The notes beneath the pieces are model-generated. The model worked only from the letters and a program-made list of their open reading frames with translations. It had not been told where the DNA came from and did no database searches. Both the position numbers and the translations under genes were made by a program. DNA of 64,000 nucleotides from Saprolegnia diclina VS20 (taxonomy: Eukaryota): assembly GCF_000281045.1 (NCBI RefSeq), contig NW_008246076.1, forward strand, positions 62,001 through 126,000. The letters run 5' to 3'. Below, in pieces: positions 13,001 through 25,315 of this stretch; the first letter of the stretch is position 1; every line of letters begins with the position of its first letter.

Positions 13001-13515
13001 GTGTACGCGTGCCGTGGGTTGCCGATGGCGCGGAGCACTTGCTGGTGGCGCCACACGTCGCTCTGCAGATTCGCGCAGTGTTCCGCGTGCACCGCTTGCA
13101 TTTCGCGGTTTGTCGCTGACTCGGTGAAGAGCGGGCACGTGAAGAAGGCGCTAAAGTAGTCAAGCGCCTGGCGGAGCTGCGTCGGCGCAATGTCAAAGTA
13201 GAACGTCGTCCGCGTCGACGTCGTGTACGCGTTCGTCGTGCCAAAGTGCGCGCTGATGAAGTTCTGGAACGCGTTCTCGTCTGGGTACGTGGCGGTGCCG
13301 AGGAAGAGCATGTGCTCGCAAAAATGCGCGAGGCCCGGGAGGTCGTCCGGGTCCGAGAGGAAGCCGACGCCGACCGTCATGGCCGCCGCCGCCTGCTCCG
13401 TCGCCGGGTCCGATATGAGCACGACGTCGAGGCCGTTGGCGAGCGTCGCATGCGCGTACTCGCGCGGGTCCATGGCCGAGACATGGAGCCCGCCGCTGGT
13501 GCGGATGGCCGTCAT
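10034..13515 (-). CDS. Insulinase / M16A metallopeptidase (insulin-degrading-enzyme-like), multi-exon
   Basis: Inverted zinc motif GLAHFCEHMLFLG, NAYT, FFTCPLF, KFGTG and LRTDEQLGY. Confidence 0.93.
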
Positions 13516-14199
13516 GATGTTGCACTTTCGATCGCTGCTGGTGATTGGTCGCGTCGCGATGCGAATTAATATACTGTTTTTATTCTAGATTCACAGTCGA
13601 TTATATAAACGTTTGTATGAAAGCGAAAAACCGACGTGATGGAAATGGATGAAAAATGGAGCGCTAATTTTTAAATGGATCTGGGATTTGGCTCGCCTTT
13701 GGACGAACCAGACTCGACTCGCCTCGACGACTGGAAAGCAATCTGGAATCTGCAAAAGACTAGATCTGGTTCAACGATGGCCACCAGCAAAAACGAATAC
13801 GCCGTCATTTGAATGCACAACGGAGGTCCTATGTAAGCAGTGCAGCACGCCGTTCAAGTCGAACGACGGCAACACGTTGTCATGGGAATCGTGTTGCGAT
13901 TCTCCTACTAGCTGTCCCTGCCATGGGTCGAGGGATTAGGGCTGACGACGGTGGAGTAGAGACTCGTGCATCTCAGACTACAGTACTTGTGTTGGGTGTC
14001 GGTCGATTGTCGTCGAGTCGACGATAGAGCCAACGCTTCTGGTCGTCGATCGAGCAACTCTGGCCAGAAGTCCAACCTGGACTGGTCAACCAGCTAAACA
14101 AACCACCAACCACGCCGCTCCAGCTCGGATATTCCGCAAGACAAACAAACACTAAGATACGGCACGACTTATAGTTATATAGATATATAGACACGACTG

Positions 14200-14778
14200 T
14201 TAGTCGTCGCGGGAGGCCGCGCGCTGTCGCTGCTTGGCCTTGAGTAGCTTCTTTTGCAGCAGCATGTGCAGCATCTCCTTCATCGCATCGACTTCGGCTT
14301 TGAGGGTTTCGGTCACGTCCGTGAGCTGGTCTATCCGCGTCTGCAGCGTCTCCTGCGTGTCGGGCGCGCCCATGCGCGACTTCATCGTCGGCAGCTGGTC
14401 GCGCTCACCACGGCGAAACTGCGGGTGCTGGAACTCGTAGATATGGCCATGGCGCTTCTTCCCGCGCTTGAAGCCGTACGAGTTGAGCTGCCGCGCAAAG
14501 CTGTCAAACTTTATGCGTTTAAAGTAGAGCGGGAGGACGCGGCGCTCAAAGGCCGGCGCGTCGAGCACCGTAAAGGCCGTGCCGTCGGCGTTCCAGAGCG
14601 CAATGTCGGCGGGGCAGTCGTCGAGGAGACAGTGCAGCTTCTCCATGTAGAACTTGGGCTTCTCCGAGGTGGCGGTGGCGTGGTGGCTGTCGTCGTCGTC
14701 GTGGCTCAGGTCGTGCTCGTCGTACGGGTTGAGGATCGCGTCGACGCCGTGGCGGGCGGGCGGTGACCGGGCGAGCAT
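14200..14778 (-). CDS. HSF-type DNA-binding transcription factor with C-terminal coiled coil
   Basis: IALWNADGTAF..VLPLYFKRIKFDSFARQLNSYGFKR..YEFQHPQFRRG is the HSF domain signature. Confidence 0.93.
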   Translation of the reverse strand: MLARSPPARHGVDAILNPYDEHDLSHDDDDSHHATATSEKPKFYMEKLHCLLDDCPADIALWNADGTAFTVLDAPAFERRVLPLYFKRIKFDSFARQLNSYGFKRGKKRHGHIYEFQHPQFRRGERDQLPTMKSRMGAPDTQETLQTRIDQLTDVTETLKAEVDAMKEMLHMLLQKKLLKAKQRQRAASRDD

Positions 14779-15760
14779 CGTCGCTTTTCCGAGGAAGTTT
14801 TCGAGTTCGGAACGTGCTCCAAACTGGGACTCTCGTTCGCGTGACAGCGTCTTTCCCTGCGCGCCAATCAAAAGGCTGTATGATGGAGACAGCGGATGCG
14901 ACAAGCATGCGAACGCCGATGGCGCGTGTCACTGAACCGCAAAGAAGCCCGTTCGAGATTGGACGCGAGAAAGTGCAAGGTGCGACACGCCACTTTGCAC
15001 TTTCAGTTTGTGTTTGGCACAGGGAAATGTGGTGTTAGCTGCGATCGCAAGAGCACGAGACCGACGACAGCCAAGGCGGGACAAAGCCGCGTCGAGGGAG
15101 GAAGAACTCGGCCAAGCAGCGTTCGTACAGCGACGAAGGGTCGGGTGGCGCCACATGTGTTGGGTTGCGATCTTCCGCGTAACGTCAAGCTCAACGGAAG
15201 AAGCTTCGATGATGTCGACGTCAACGATTTGGTCATACGCTGCGTGTTTCTTGCTGCACAAAAGACACGCAAAATGGTTGAAAGAACGGTGAGAGTCGGG
15301 TTTTCCACGGAATATTTCGACAACCAAAGCCAATAAGTGATCGCTCGGTGATGCCTCCGGCTCGCGAATAATGATCCTGGCAGGACTCGGCAAGCGAGCT
15401 GGGATGGCGATATGCGCGCTACACGGCTCCTACAGCCAGCTTCGTGCGACAACATTCCTTTGGGCAACACTGACACTACGCCTCGACAAGGTCCATTGCT
15501 CTTGGTTTTGGCGGCTCTCGACTATGGTGTCGAAGGAGACTCGTGCCTGAGGCTCGGAGTTTGGGGCGTTGTGGCAGTCCTTGTCTTGCACTCTGGGACT
15601 GCACACAGTTCGTAGTTGCCATGGCGTCGAGTGTCCCATCTAGCAGCGAGGCGTGGTCGCCGCTGCCCAAACGCGCAAAGAGACACGAGTGCATTCTATT
15701 CAACACGCGCGTGGCGACATCTTTAGCCTTCTGATGACGGCAGCCACGGCGACGAGACAA

Positions 15761-16405
15761 TTACAGGAAGGACGCCGCGGTGTTGATCGCGTGGATCTCC
15801 TTCTTGGAAATGGGCTTGCGAGCAAACTGCGAGGGCAAGTTGCCAAACGGCAGGACATCCGCGCTCGACGACGGCGCGACGACAAGCGTCGACGGCGCAG
15901 CCGACTTGGCCGCGGGCGCCGGGTGGGCGAGCAATGACCGCTTGCCCAAAAACTTGATGCGCGGGACACGGGCACCGTCATGGTGGTGGGTAGCAGCAGG
16001 CGCAGCGACAGGCGTCGCGACTGGAGCCGGCGTGGCAGCCGGCGCAGCAGCAGGCGTCGGCGCCGACGCGGCGACCGTGGCCTTGACGTCACCGTCAATG
16101 ACAAAGAGGTCACGGCCGACCTCGACGTCCTGGTCGAGCTCGACGAACTGCTTGACGAGCGTGCCAGCGACCGGGCTCATGACGTCGACCGAGACCTTGT
16201 CCGTCTCGAGCACCATGACGACTTCATCGATCTCGACGTGCTGACCGATCTGCTTCTTGAGGTCGACGACCGTACCCTCCGAGATGGAGTCGCCCATCGA
16301 GGGCACCTTGACGATGTGCTCGGGCATCATGCGCATGGCGGAGCTGTGAATGGCGCGGGATGAGCGCGCAAGGCGCAGGAGCGGGGCTTGGACACGGTGC
16401 AGCAT
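15761..16405 (-). CDS. Mitochondrial lipoyl-domain protein with KGD4/MRPS36-like C-terminal half and no acyltransferase domain
   Basis: Arg-rich presequence, E2o-type lipoyl domain (VPSMGDSISEG..LETDKVSVDV), Ala/Pro linker, then VPRIKFLGKRS...LPSQFARKPISKKEIHAINT and stop; single intronless ORF. Confidence 0.85.
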   Translation of the reverse strand: MLHRVQAPLLRLARSSRAIHSSAMRMMPEHIVKVPSMGDSISEGTVVDLKKQIGQHVEIDEVVMVLETDKVSVDVMSPVAGTLVKQFVELDQDVEVGRDLFVIDGDVKATVAASAPTPAAAPAATPAPVATPVAAPAATHHHDGARVPRIKFLGKRSLLAHPAPAAKSAAPSTLVVAPSSSADVLPFGNLPSQFARKPISKKEIHAINTAASFL

Positions 16406-17298
16406 GGGGGCGGCGACGGGCGGCTGATTGGATGAGGCCGAAAACTGATTTGAGGATGGGAGGTCGAGTCCGGATGCCAACCGGATCCAGCTACTGGACT
16501 TTATAAGCGACATAACAGTCGGTTAAAAGCTAAAATAACGGATATCCAGTGCCGAACTTCAAGTCAATGCCGTTTGCTGTCGTCAATAGACGACACTTGT
16601 CACTGGTGAGATGACAGGAGCACCACCTTCGACTGATGCCATATGATGTCGACCGTCTGTGCCCCTTCAAGGCGACTTCAAGGCGACTCTCAAGGCCAAA
16701 ATCTCGCAGCGCCTGCGAGACCCTCGCCAAGTCAGCTAGACCAGACCTGCGCGACCAGATCAAATGCCGGATCTATGGGCGAGACTGCTTGCGCATCCAT
16801 GGGCTCGACCAGCTTGAAGCTGCAACCGCCTGCGTGTCTTTAGAGTCGCTGCAATGCGGTTTGTGCGGTCAAGAGCCGTGGCGTCAGTGGCTTGCCTTGC
16901 GTCATCACGGCTGCTATACGGAGCCTGCTCTGGCTTTTGCCAACGCGCTGGTTCATCCGCTGGCAACGTCCATGGCGGACGATCTTGGACTCGGTCCCTT
17001 TGTCTTGCTGCATGAAAGAGGCGCCCGCGTGTATATGCAGGACTCGTCGTCTTGAGAGAAGCGTCCTCTTGTCACCTCGGGTACCGTCGATGTCATGCCA
17101 GGACAAAGGTAAGAAGACGCTACGCTTTGGCGGCCTTTGTGCATGATAGGCAAGTGTCCTCGCATGAGTCGCGATCGGTTAGTTGCCCGTGCCACGTTTA
17201 AAGCGAGATGCCACATTGACCATATTATCAATTCTTGCAGGTTTTCAGATTTTGCAGAAATGCATACGCGTGGGATTTCGAATTTGGCCGGAAGCGCC

Positions 17299-19283
17299 AT
17301 GGATCCGGCCCTCATGGAGCAGTATGCGAACGTATGCGTCTACCTCGGGGACGAGGATGATGAAGGTACATGCATCCTCATGGCGTCTACCTAGTACCTC
17401 GACGAGATGGAGCGGTCCGACCCGAATGCGTACAAGGCCTTCATGGAGGAGATGCGATCCAAGGTCACGGCCGGCGGCGACGGCCTCTCGATGGAAGCCC
17501 TGCAGGCAGCCATGGCATCGGCGCCAGCGTCCAACGGAGCGAACGACGATCTTCGCTTCCCTGGCAACAAAGTCATGCAGTCGGAAGGCCTCGCCGAGCA
17601 GAAGGAAGGCATGTACGTTGACGTCGAGCCCGGCTTTGTCATGAAGACCAAGGAGCTAGCGTCCAAGACCAAGGTACATGGCGCTACGACGATCGCACAT
17701 GCAAGTCTTCCTAGCTCTTTGTCAACTTTTGTACCTGCGAACACATCAAGATCTTCTCCAAGCAAAAGAAGCTCGACGAGAACGGCGAGGAGCAAGAAGG
17801 GATCCACGTGCCTCTGAGCCTCGGGCCTCCGCACGAGGTCTTGGACCATGCCAAGAAGACGTGCTTGGCCATCGACGTGGCCGTGAACCCACAGGTACAC
17901 GCCTCCGACGTAATTCGCACAACCGAGTACACGCCCAGGTTGTGCTCGACGCGGACGCCGACAGCTCGGGCACGTTTCGTAACTTTTTGTGCGAACTTGC
18001 GATCCAGTACATTGAAGAAAAATACAAGTTCCAAGTTGACCCGCAGTACAAGCTGCCCAAGCTCTCGTACCGGGGCGAGCTGCCCCCCGCCAAGCACTAC
18101 ATCCGCAAGGCCCAGACGCCGACGATCGAAGAGGTCGATCGACCCGCCAAACCCGCGCCGCCTGCCGCGCCCATTGTGCTCCAGCCGCTCATGGGTATCT
18201 TGATGGAATCTGTGGCGTCCAACGAGTGGCGCGTCTGTGCACAAGTACCGGCGTGCGAAGGGGGTCCGGCCTTGTCGAAGGCGCACCTCGCTAGTGCACC
18301 ACGCCACCTCCAGATGCGGTTCGAATTTCCATCCGCAGTACGAGACACGCCTGTGGATGCGTTTCAAACTCGATGCGTAGGTAACCAGCCCCAAGGACAT
18401 TCAGGTTCACGCCCGCGCCGAGTACCTCGTGGTGAACGTGCCTGGCTACGTCGAGCATGGTATGTGGGATTGCTGCAGACGAGAAGCGACGCAAGATCAT
18501 GATGGCGCGTAGCCACGTACCTGCCGTACCCTATCGATGCGAGTGGGGTCACAGCAGACTACGCGGCGGCCAACCAAGCGCTCACGATTGCGATGGCTGT
18601 GGATGCAACGTTCCACGCCCAGCAGCTCGCGCCAGGTACACCTCTCGTGTTATCACGTAGCATATCGACACGCGTAGATGCGGGATCGGCGCCATGGATG
18701 CTTTCGCAGGCTCTCGACGACGGCAGTGACGACGTCAGGGTACGACGCATCTCGTCTTGCATGCTTGTTGAAGCATGCATGTAGAAAGAACCGTCGCTTG
18801 CAGACAAGTTTCAACTTGAACCCACAGTGCTCCCGGCGACAGTCGAGAGTCCGATTACAGTACGCCACGTATGCCACGCCAACGCACTCATGTTGCACCG
18901 ATTTGTAGGAAGAAGACGAGCTACCGGAAGACCGCTTCCACCGCAAGGACATGTTGTCGATGCACATTTTAGACCAGCGCAAGGCGGATCGGGCCGAGAA
19001 GGCGAAAAAGTCCGAAGACGAGCGCAAAGCGCGCAAGGCTGAGAACGACGTCAAGGTTGCAGCCGCCAAGGCGGCCGGCAAGACGTGGCGGGAAATGTAC
19101 CCCAACGAGCCCGAGACGACGTTTGTCGACCTCGGCGAGATGCTGCAGAAAGAGGCGGCGACGGTCATCGCCGAGCCGCAAGCGATGCCCGAGTCGGAGA
19201 TCGCCAAGACCGTCAAGACCGAGTGGACAGGTGCGACCAAGATGGAGTTTGCGAGCAGTTTGGCGTTCGAGTTGCTCGATTGA
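17299..19283 (+). CDS. DNAAF2: PIH1-domain dynein assembly factor, Kintoun/DNAAF2-like (multi-exon)
   Basis: PIH1 motifs EPGFVMKT..FVNFC..VPLSLGPP..DVAVNP..YKLPKLSYRG; C-terminus FASSLAFELLD resembles the Kintoun-type F-x-N/S-x-L-x-Y/F-D/E-L-D end. Confidence 0.75.
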
Positions 19284-19313
19284 CCATCGATCACATTGTG
19301 GTTGTTGAATCGA

Positions 19314-21043
19314 CTAGAGCTTGGCCATGTTATCCTGCCATTGCTGCTTGAGCTGCCCGTAGTCACGGTCGAGCGTCGCAACAAGCGCTGCATACTGAGC
19401 AGTGGGAAGGCCCTGCACCTGCTGGATCTGGCTCTTGGACAGTGTTGGGATGCGTCCGGGAGCCTTCTTGGACGGCACCAGATGGAAGATCGTCTGCAGC
19501 TCGGTCTTTTGCTTGAGCTGCATCAGCTCCAGCTTCATGTTGGACGGGTTCACGGCCGACGTCGTCGCTAAGCTCTGGAGCTCCAGGTTCAGACCCGGCG
19601 CGCAGTTGTTGGACGGCTTCTCAGTGTGTGCTGGCTTGGTGCGTTTGGGTTTGGCCAAGTTGCTGTTGGTTTTCGCGCCGACGTTGGACCAGTCGAGCTG
19701 CTCAAACTGGACCTAGCGACGCCAATGGACTCTCCTCTCGCGTCCACGATCGTTCTACCTTGTACGGCTTGCGCTTGAGGTACGGCTGCTTGGCACGAGG
19801 CGCGGGGGGCGGCATGCTTGCTCCTCCCACGTCCGGTGGCGGAGGCGCGTCGACGACCCGCGTCCCTTTGAGCGGACTGCGCAGTGGAGGGGACGTCGGC
19901 GGTATTCGCCTCACTTTCCGCGTCGGCGACTTGGGTTTCACCGGCTTCTTGGGCACCGCCAAGGGCTACGATCGTCATCTCCACGCCTTGTCGACTCGCA
20001 ACGTACCGACGGCTCGGGACTCGAAACCGGTGCGGCGTACGTTAGCTCGATACGCACTTCGCCGCGCACCAAGTCCTTGGGCGCCATTTTCTCCAGCGGA
20101 AACCAGCGCCGGAGGCAATGGAGGGACGTGGCGAGCGGGCTGTTCTACGTCTCGGCGTTACAAGCCAAATGAGCGAGAAGAACGTACGAGCAAGTCGACG
20201 GGGACTTGGACGTGGCCAATGGTGCGCGGTGGGCCATCGAGCGTCACGTGCAGCACCTTGACCGACCCGACCCAGTCGTTGATGTCGTCGGCGACAACGA
20301 CCACCGCGTTCTCACAACTCCACTCGACGGTCGACTCGGAGTACATGACGGGATGCATGCTGCTCTGAACCATAGTGGGTTGAGCTACCAAGTGTTTATA
20401 CCTGTAGCTCGTGCGCTCGCCCGTGCTTTTATGGAGCAGCTGCATCTCGACATGCATGGAGCTGTGCAGACAGGCCAAGGGCGGGATCGGCGACACCAGG
20501 TGACGCAGTGAAAGCACCTGCAACGTCAAGGTGCGCTCAGCCGCCGCCGGCCACACGCGCGCTTCAACTTTGCGGCTACCAGGTGCGCTGTAGCTGCCTC
20601 GCATGGCCTCCAAGCGCAGGCACAGCTACGTCCATTGGCCGCTCGTTGTCCGCAGCCGAGTTGAACGACTCCAGTACCTCATGCAGCGCGGCGCGGCGGC
20701 GGGAGGCTTCTTGGCGGTACCAGCGCGCGATGCGGGCGGCCATGCGACACTGGCGCGCATGCAAGGCGTGCAACCATCGTCGACACCACCGCTGGAGGAC
20801 GCCGAGGGCAGCGCGGCGCCGAAGCAGTCGCGCTTCCACTGCGATCGCCGCTTGCTGGTGGCGGGCATGCGCCGCGGCCTTGGCCTCAGCCCGCTCGGCG
20901 GCAAGCATCTTCTCGAGCGCGACGGCCTCTGTTTGGTCTCGACACAGACTAGGTGGTAGCGGTATCGGCACGAACTCCCGTCTCGAGTCAGACCCATACA
21001 CGAGCTGGTGGCGCTTAAAGTCTGCGTAGCTGCCCGTGCGCAT
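19314..21043 (-). CDS. Hypothetical protein (IQ-like segment, Pro/Lys-rich region, C-terminal coiled coil), multi-exon
   Basis: Chain of minus-strand ORFs with coding-like composition and GT-AG junctions; 'LQRWCRRWL..IARWYRQ' is IQ-like. Confidence 0.55.
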
Positions 21044-21304
21044 CTAACTTGGATCTTGAGGAGGCGCGTTTGAGAATCGCAGAGGGTCACATGCAGCAAG
21101 TCACTCGTCTCGATATTTGTTCTGTGGTCTCATGGGAATAGCAGAGAAAGGCCATCGTTATTATCGCTTTCGCGTTCTTGTAGCGGGAATCGAAGGTCGG
21201 AAGATCGGTGGCGATGACGACGATGGGGCACCAACGACACAAGTTAACGCATTTTGTTATTTTTGGCCATTTCGGAGCCATCGTAACAGTTGCCAATTGT
21301 TGTC

Positions 21305-22588
21305 ATGTCCAGTGACGAGCACGCGTACGACGCGTCTTCTTGGACTCTGCAAAGCTCAGGCGTCGTAGGTCGCGCCTCTCGCAAGCGTCACGGTCTCTCT
21401 CTGGTGACAGCCTCGACGCGATCGAGCCCATCGTCGCACGGTCCTCGGTCGGCACGGCGTTCTACCTCTTCAACCACCAGGTTCATTTCCACGACTAAGA
21501 ACGTATTGAGCAACGCATTAGGTCGGTGGCCACAAGCCATTCCTGCGCAGTGCGCCGGGGGAGGTGTGCAAACCTGCCATCCCGCTGGAGCTCGCCTTCT
21601 ACCGCGCGTTGAGCGACCGCTTCCCGCAGCTGGAGCCGTTCGTGCCAGCCTACTTGGGCACGATCACTGTGGACCTTGAGCCCCACAGCGAGAAAGCCAC
21701 CAAGCCCGTGACTGGTCGAAAATCGAGCAAGTCCGTCGACACGAGCGTGAGCTACAGTCTCTGGCACAAAGAGGTGGGCAAAACCGTTGAAGAAGCGCCG
21801 TCCTTTCTCTGCGAGTACCTCGTCCTCGGGGACCTCACGTCGGGCTACACGCGTCCGTGCGTTCTGGATATCAAAATGGGCACCCGCCAGCACGGTAGCC
21901 AAGGAATAACATCTTCGTTCTTGACCGAAATGCAGGGGAGGACACCTCGGACGAGAAGGCACGCAGCCACACGCTCAAGTGCGCGGCCACGACGTCGGCG
22001 GAGCTCGGACTGCGGCTCTGCGGCATGCAGGTACGATATGGACATGCAAAGACTGTCTCAAGGTGCGACGGACAGATCTACCGACAATGCGACAGCCGCT
22101 ACGTCCTCCGGGACAAACATTGGGGTCGCCGCCTGCACGCGAGCGACATTGAGCCCGCCCTTCTCTTCGTACGTGTATACTCTAGCTCTACGTTCTTATG
22201 GAGCATTGTAGTTTGTTTCGAACGGGGAGACGGTGCGACAAGACGCGGTGGCGGGGCTTTTGCAGCGACTTCACGCGCTCAAGGACGTGGTAGGACGCGG
22301 GATCGCGTCTGCTCCCGAGTCATGTTGTCCGACTAGATTGCAGCCACCAACGGCATTCGGTTCTGGGGTGCGTCGCTCCTCTTGGTGTACGAGGGCGAGA
22401 CCAAAGGCCGACCGACCCGCGCCACCGACGTCCGGCTCATCGACTTTGCGCACAGCCACCAAGACCCCTCTATTGGCTCGCCGGACGAAGGGCTGCTGCT
22501 GGGTTTGAGCAATCTCATCGCATACCTGACGCATATTGCGTCGGGGCCCCCCACCGTGTCGCCGCCCCCCGAGCTCGACACGATTTAA
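21305..22588 (+). CDS. Inositol polyphosphate kinase (IPK/IPMK/IP6K family), multi-exon
   Basis: HQ-VGGH, E-x2-FY, PCVLDIKMGTRQ (PxxxDxKxG), SLLLVYEG and VRLIDFAH. Confidence 0.92.
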
Positions 22589-22695
22589 CGTCAGTCTCTT
22601 CTACTACTTTAACCTTATATATGGTCAATTCCTAGTTCCATGAGTGCATTTATCATGCGTCGACCGTAACGTTGGCGACGATCGCAGCTCGTGCC

Positions 22696-23162
22696 TCACA
22701 CGGAAGTGGCCGACTCCATGGTATTGGACTCATAGAGGCCAATCATCGTGCCATCCGGAGACCGCACGGCGGCAACCTTGCCTACAACAGCGTTGGCATC
22801 TGTCGGAGAGAGGCACGGTACCGAACGCGGGGTACTTGATCGGGCCGTCCATGGCGGCGCCGAGCATGAGCAGGCGCGGAATCGTTTCGTCCATATCGTA
22901 CACGTCAAAGTTGAGGAACGGTGAGTACCCGGCGCTGCACGCTGCCTCTCTACGTACTGCGCTTGCAGTGGCTGGCAAAAGGCAATGTGGTGACGTACCC
23001 ATGGGCTTGCTTGATGCTGAGCGTCACGCCGGCGTTGACGTTGAACTCCGCGAACGTGTCGGACTGGCGAAGGATCTGCAGCCCAAGCCCTTCTTCGTAG
23101 AAGCGCGAACTGCGCGCGACGTCGCGGCTCAAGATCATGAGCTGCCGCAGCCGCGTTGCCAT
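22696..23162 (-). CDS. Glyoxalase/VOC family protein (3 exons)
   Basis: DVARSSRFYEEGLGL, LNFDVYDMDETIPRLLMLGA and GKVAAVRSPDGTMIGLYE. Confidence 0.85.
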
Positions 23163-24823
23163 CGCTGTGCGAGAAAGTGCAATCGCGCGCTGATTGGTCC
23201 ACTGTATCCTGTCTAACTTTATACAAAACGTAACAGGTGCGTGTGATGGACGTCTCTGTCAATGACGTCAGGCCATGTCTCGAGAGGTCTTGGCGTCGCC
23301 TGACGACGACGCAGATGGTCCTGCACATCTGTGCTTGCCGCTCTCATTGCTTGAACCAGCATGAACGCAAGAACAGCAGCGCTGCTTCGGAATCTGATGG
23401 AAGCGTCACGGCTCGTCTTCGTCTTCTTCTTATGGCCGTCAAAAGGCTTTGAGGAACCGCGGCAGCGACAATGCAACGCGCTTCGTACAGCAGCGCGTGG
23501 CCCCGCCGAGCTCTGTCGGCTTGTTCTCGAGCACGCAAAGTGCAGGAATTTATCAGGTTGAAGTTGCCGCCAGAATCTTGAAGCGCGCCATACAAACCTG
23601 TAGAGTGCGGACTTCTGCAGGTAGACGTACTGCCTTTCTGTCGAAGGATCAGCGTGTACATGGCTGGACCATCACCCGCCCTCTTGCGACGCCCATGCAG
23701 GACGGACCATCGACGTGGTGGTGGCCTCGCACCCGTCCGTGTCCGTGCACCGGGATACGTGGTGTCGCTGGTCGGGTCGTGTGGGTTGCCTCTGGCGTGC
23801 GCTGCTTTTGACAAAGCCATGGCGCCTTGCACTGCGTAGAAGCTGCAGCGGATCAAAGACAAGGCAGCGTTCGGAGATTTCGAAACGTGTATATATATTT
23901 TACTATCCATCCAAATCTCTATCCATTAAGACGTCTCGAAACTGTATCCCGAAGCGTTTTCAAGCACCGGTTGCTGCGTGCTTGGCGCCACGTTGATGCC
24001 GCATCTGGCGCCTACGGACCAAAGTGGAGCCACAAGAGATGTCAAAGCCGAGCTGACGGCAGCGCGTCGCCCACGCCGTAGTGCCTCGATCTCCGCCAAG
24101 TCGACAGACGCCATAGGCTCGGGCTGTGACAGACCCGCCGCCTTTGCGGCCGCAGAAAGCTCTTTTGGCGAAAATGCCGCTTCTGGAAGGTGGCGGCCAC
24201 CTGGTCCAGGGCACGAGCTTGTGAACGCGGCGCGGGGCTGCCACGTGGTAGTACGCGTCGTTGAAGACGGCTGCGCGTGTGCTTGGGCGACGCAACCTTT
24301 GTGCACTCGTCGCAGGGCCCAAGGGGCGGGCACCAAATTTATCCGATTCGCGTTCGACCATCGCTCGATACATCGCGTTCCTCCCAGCACCACCACCAGT
24401 CTCTAGTAGCTAAGTGCAAAAATGGCCCACGCACTGCTGCATGAGCACTGCTACAAGGTTGCAAAAGTAGCTTGCAAATTTCAGAGGGCGAAAGCCATCT
24501 TATTCCTAGTCGCTCGAGGCGTTGTGCTCGGCTCTCAATGAACCGTTGTAAGCTCCAAGTCGACAAAACGATCTCCGTCCACGACAGTACTAGCGACGGC
24601 GAGATGGACTTGCAGCATGAGATGCCCTCAATCAACAGCAACGCGTGGCCGCTCGTTGGGTCGAGTGCGCTTGGCTACTCAAACTCACCCCACATGGGGC
24701 TCTGTTGTAAGTGAAGGTCCAGATGGTACGGCGCCAAACGCGTCTGATTGGCCAAAATACCGCGCCTGGAAAAATTTGCATGTCGCGCTAAGATCACTTT
24801 GCAATTTGCACGCTTCGAGCAAC

Positions 24824-25315
24824 ATGACAACGAGCCACCTGCGCATCACCAAGCACAGCCCGAGCAAGACGCGACCGGCCTCGAATGGCCACATCCAGTT
24901 CCACATTCTCGTGCAAGAGCTCGTCCCCAGCGGCCGCCGCCACAAGGAGTACGTGGTTTGCAAGCGCTTCAAGCAGTTCGAGAGCCTCCGCGCCGAGCTC
25001 AGCAAGGCTGGGTTCGCGACGCCGTCGCTGCCGATGACGGGGCCGGCCATGGGCCTCTGGATGGTATGGAACAAGGACGAGGCGCTCCTGTACCGCGCCA
25101 TGAACCTCCAGCGCTTCCTCGACGTCGTCAACACGTCCGAGACGATCCAAGCCAGCGCCGCGTTTCGGGCCTTTGTGGGCGAGAGCCCCGACCAGAAGCG
25201 CGGCTACACGTCGCTCTCGGGCTACTCGACGACGTCCGAGGCCAGCTTTGTGTGCCACGACCTCTCGCGGTCGTCGTCGCTCTCGCTGCTCGAGCGCCGC
25301 CGCCAGTCCGTGTGA
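24824..25315 (+). CDS. PX-domain protein
   Basis: YVVCKRFKQFESLRAEL..PSLP..R..LQRFL..FRAFV is the PX pattern. Confidence 0.8.
   Translation: MTTSHLRITKHSPSKTRPASNGHIQFHILVQELVPSGRRHKEYVVCKRFKQFESLRAELSKAGFATPSLPMTGPAMGLWMVWNKDEALLYRAMNLQRFLDVVNTSETIQASAAFRAFVGESPDQKRGYTSLSGYSTTSEASFVCHDLSRSSSLSLLERRRQSV

Noticed and set aside
15761..16513. Call as a full dihydrolipoamide succinyltransferase (DLST) or its pseudogene
   Set aside because: No catalytic domain follows, and the ORF ends cleanly in a different, KGD4-like motif
23344..24426. Possible minus-strand hypothetical gene
   Set aside because: Only one segment looks coding; no domain or reliable start and splice structure
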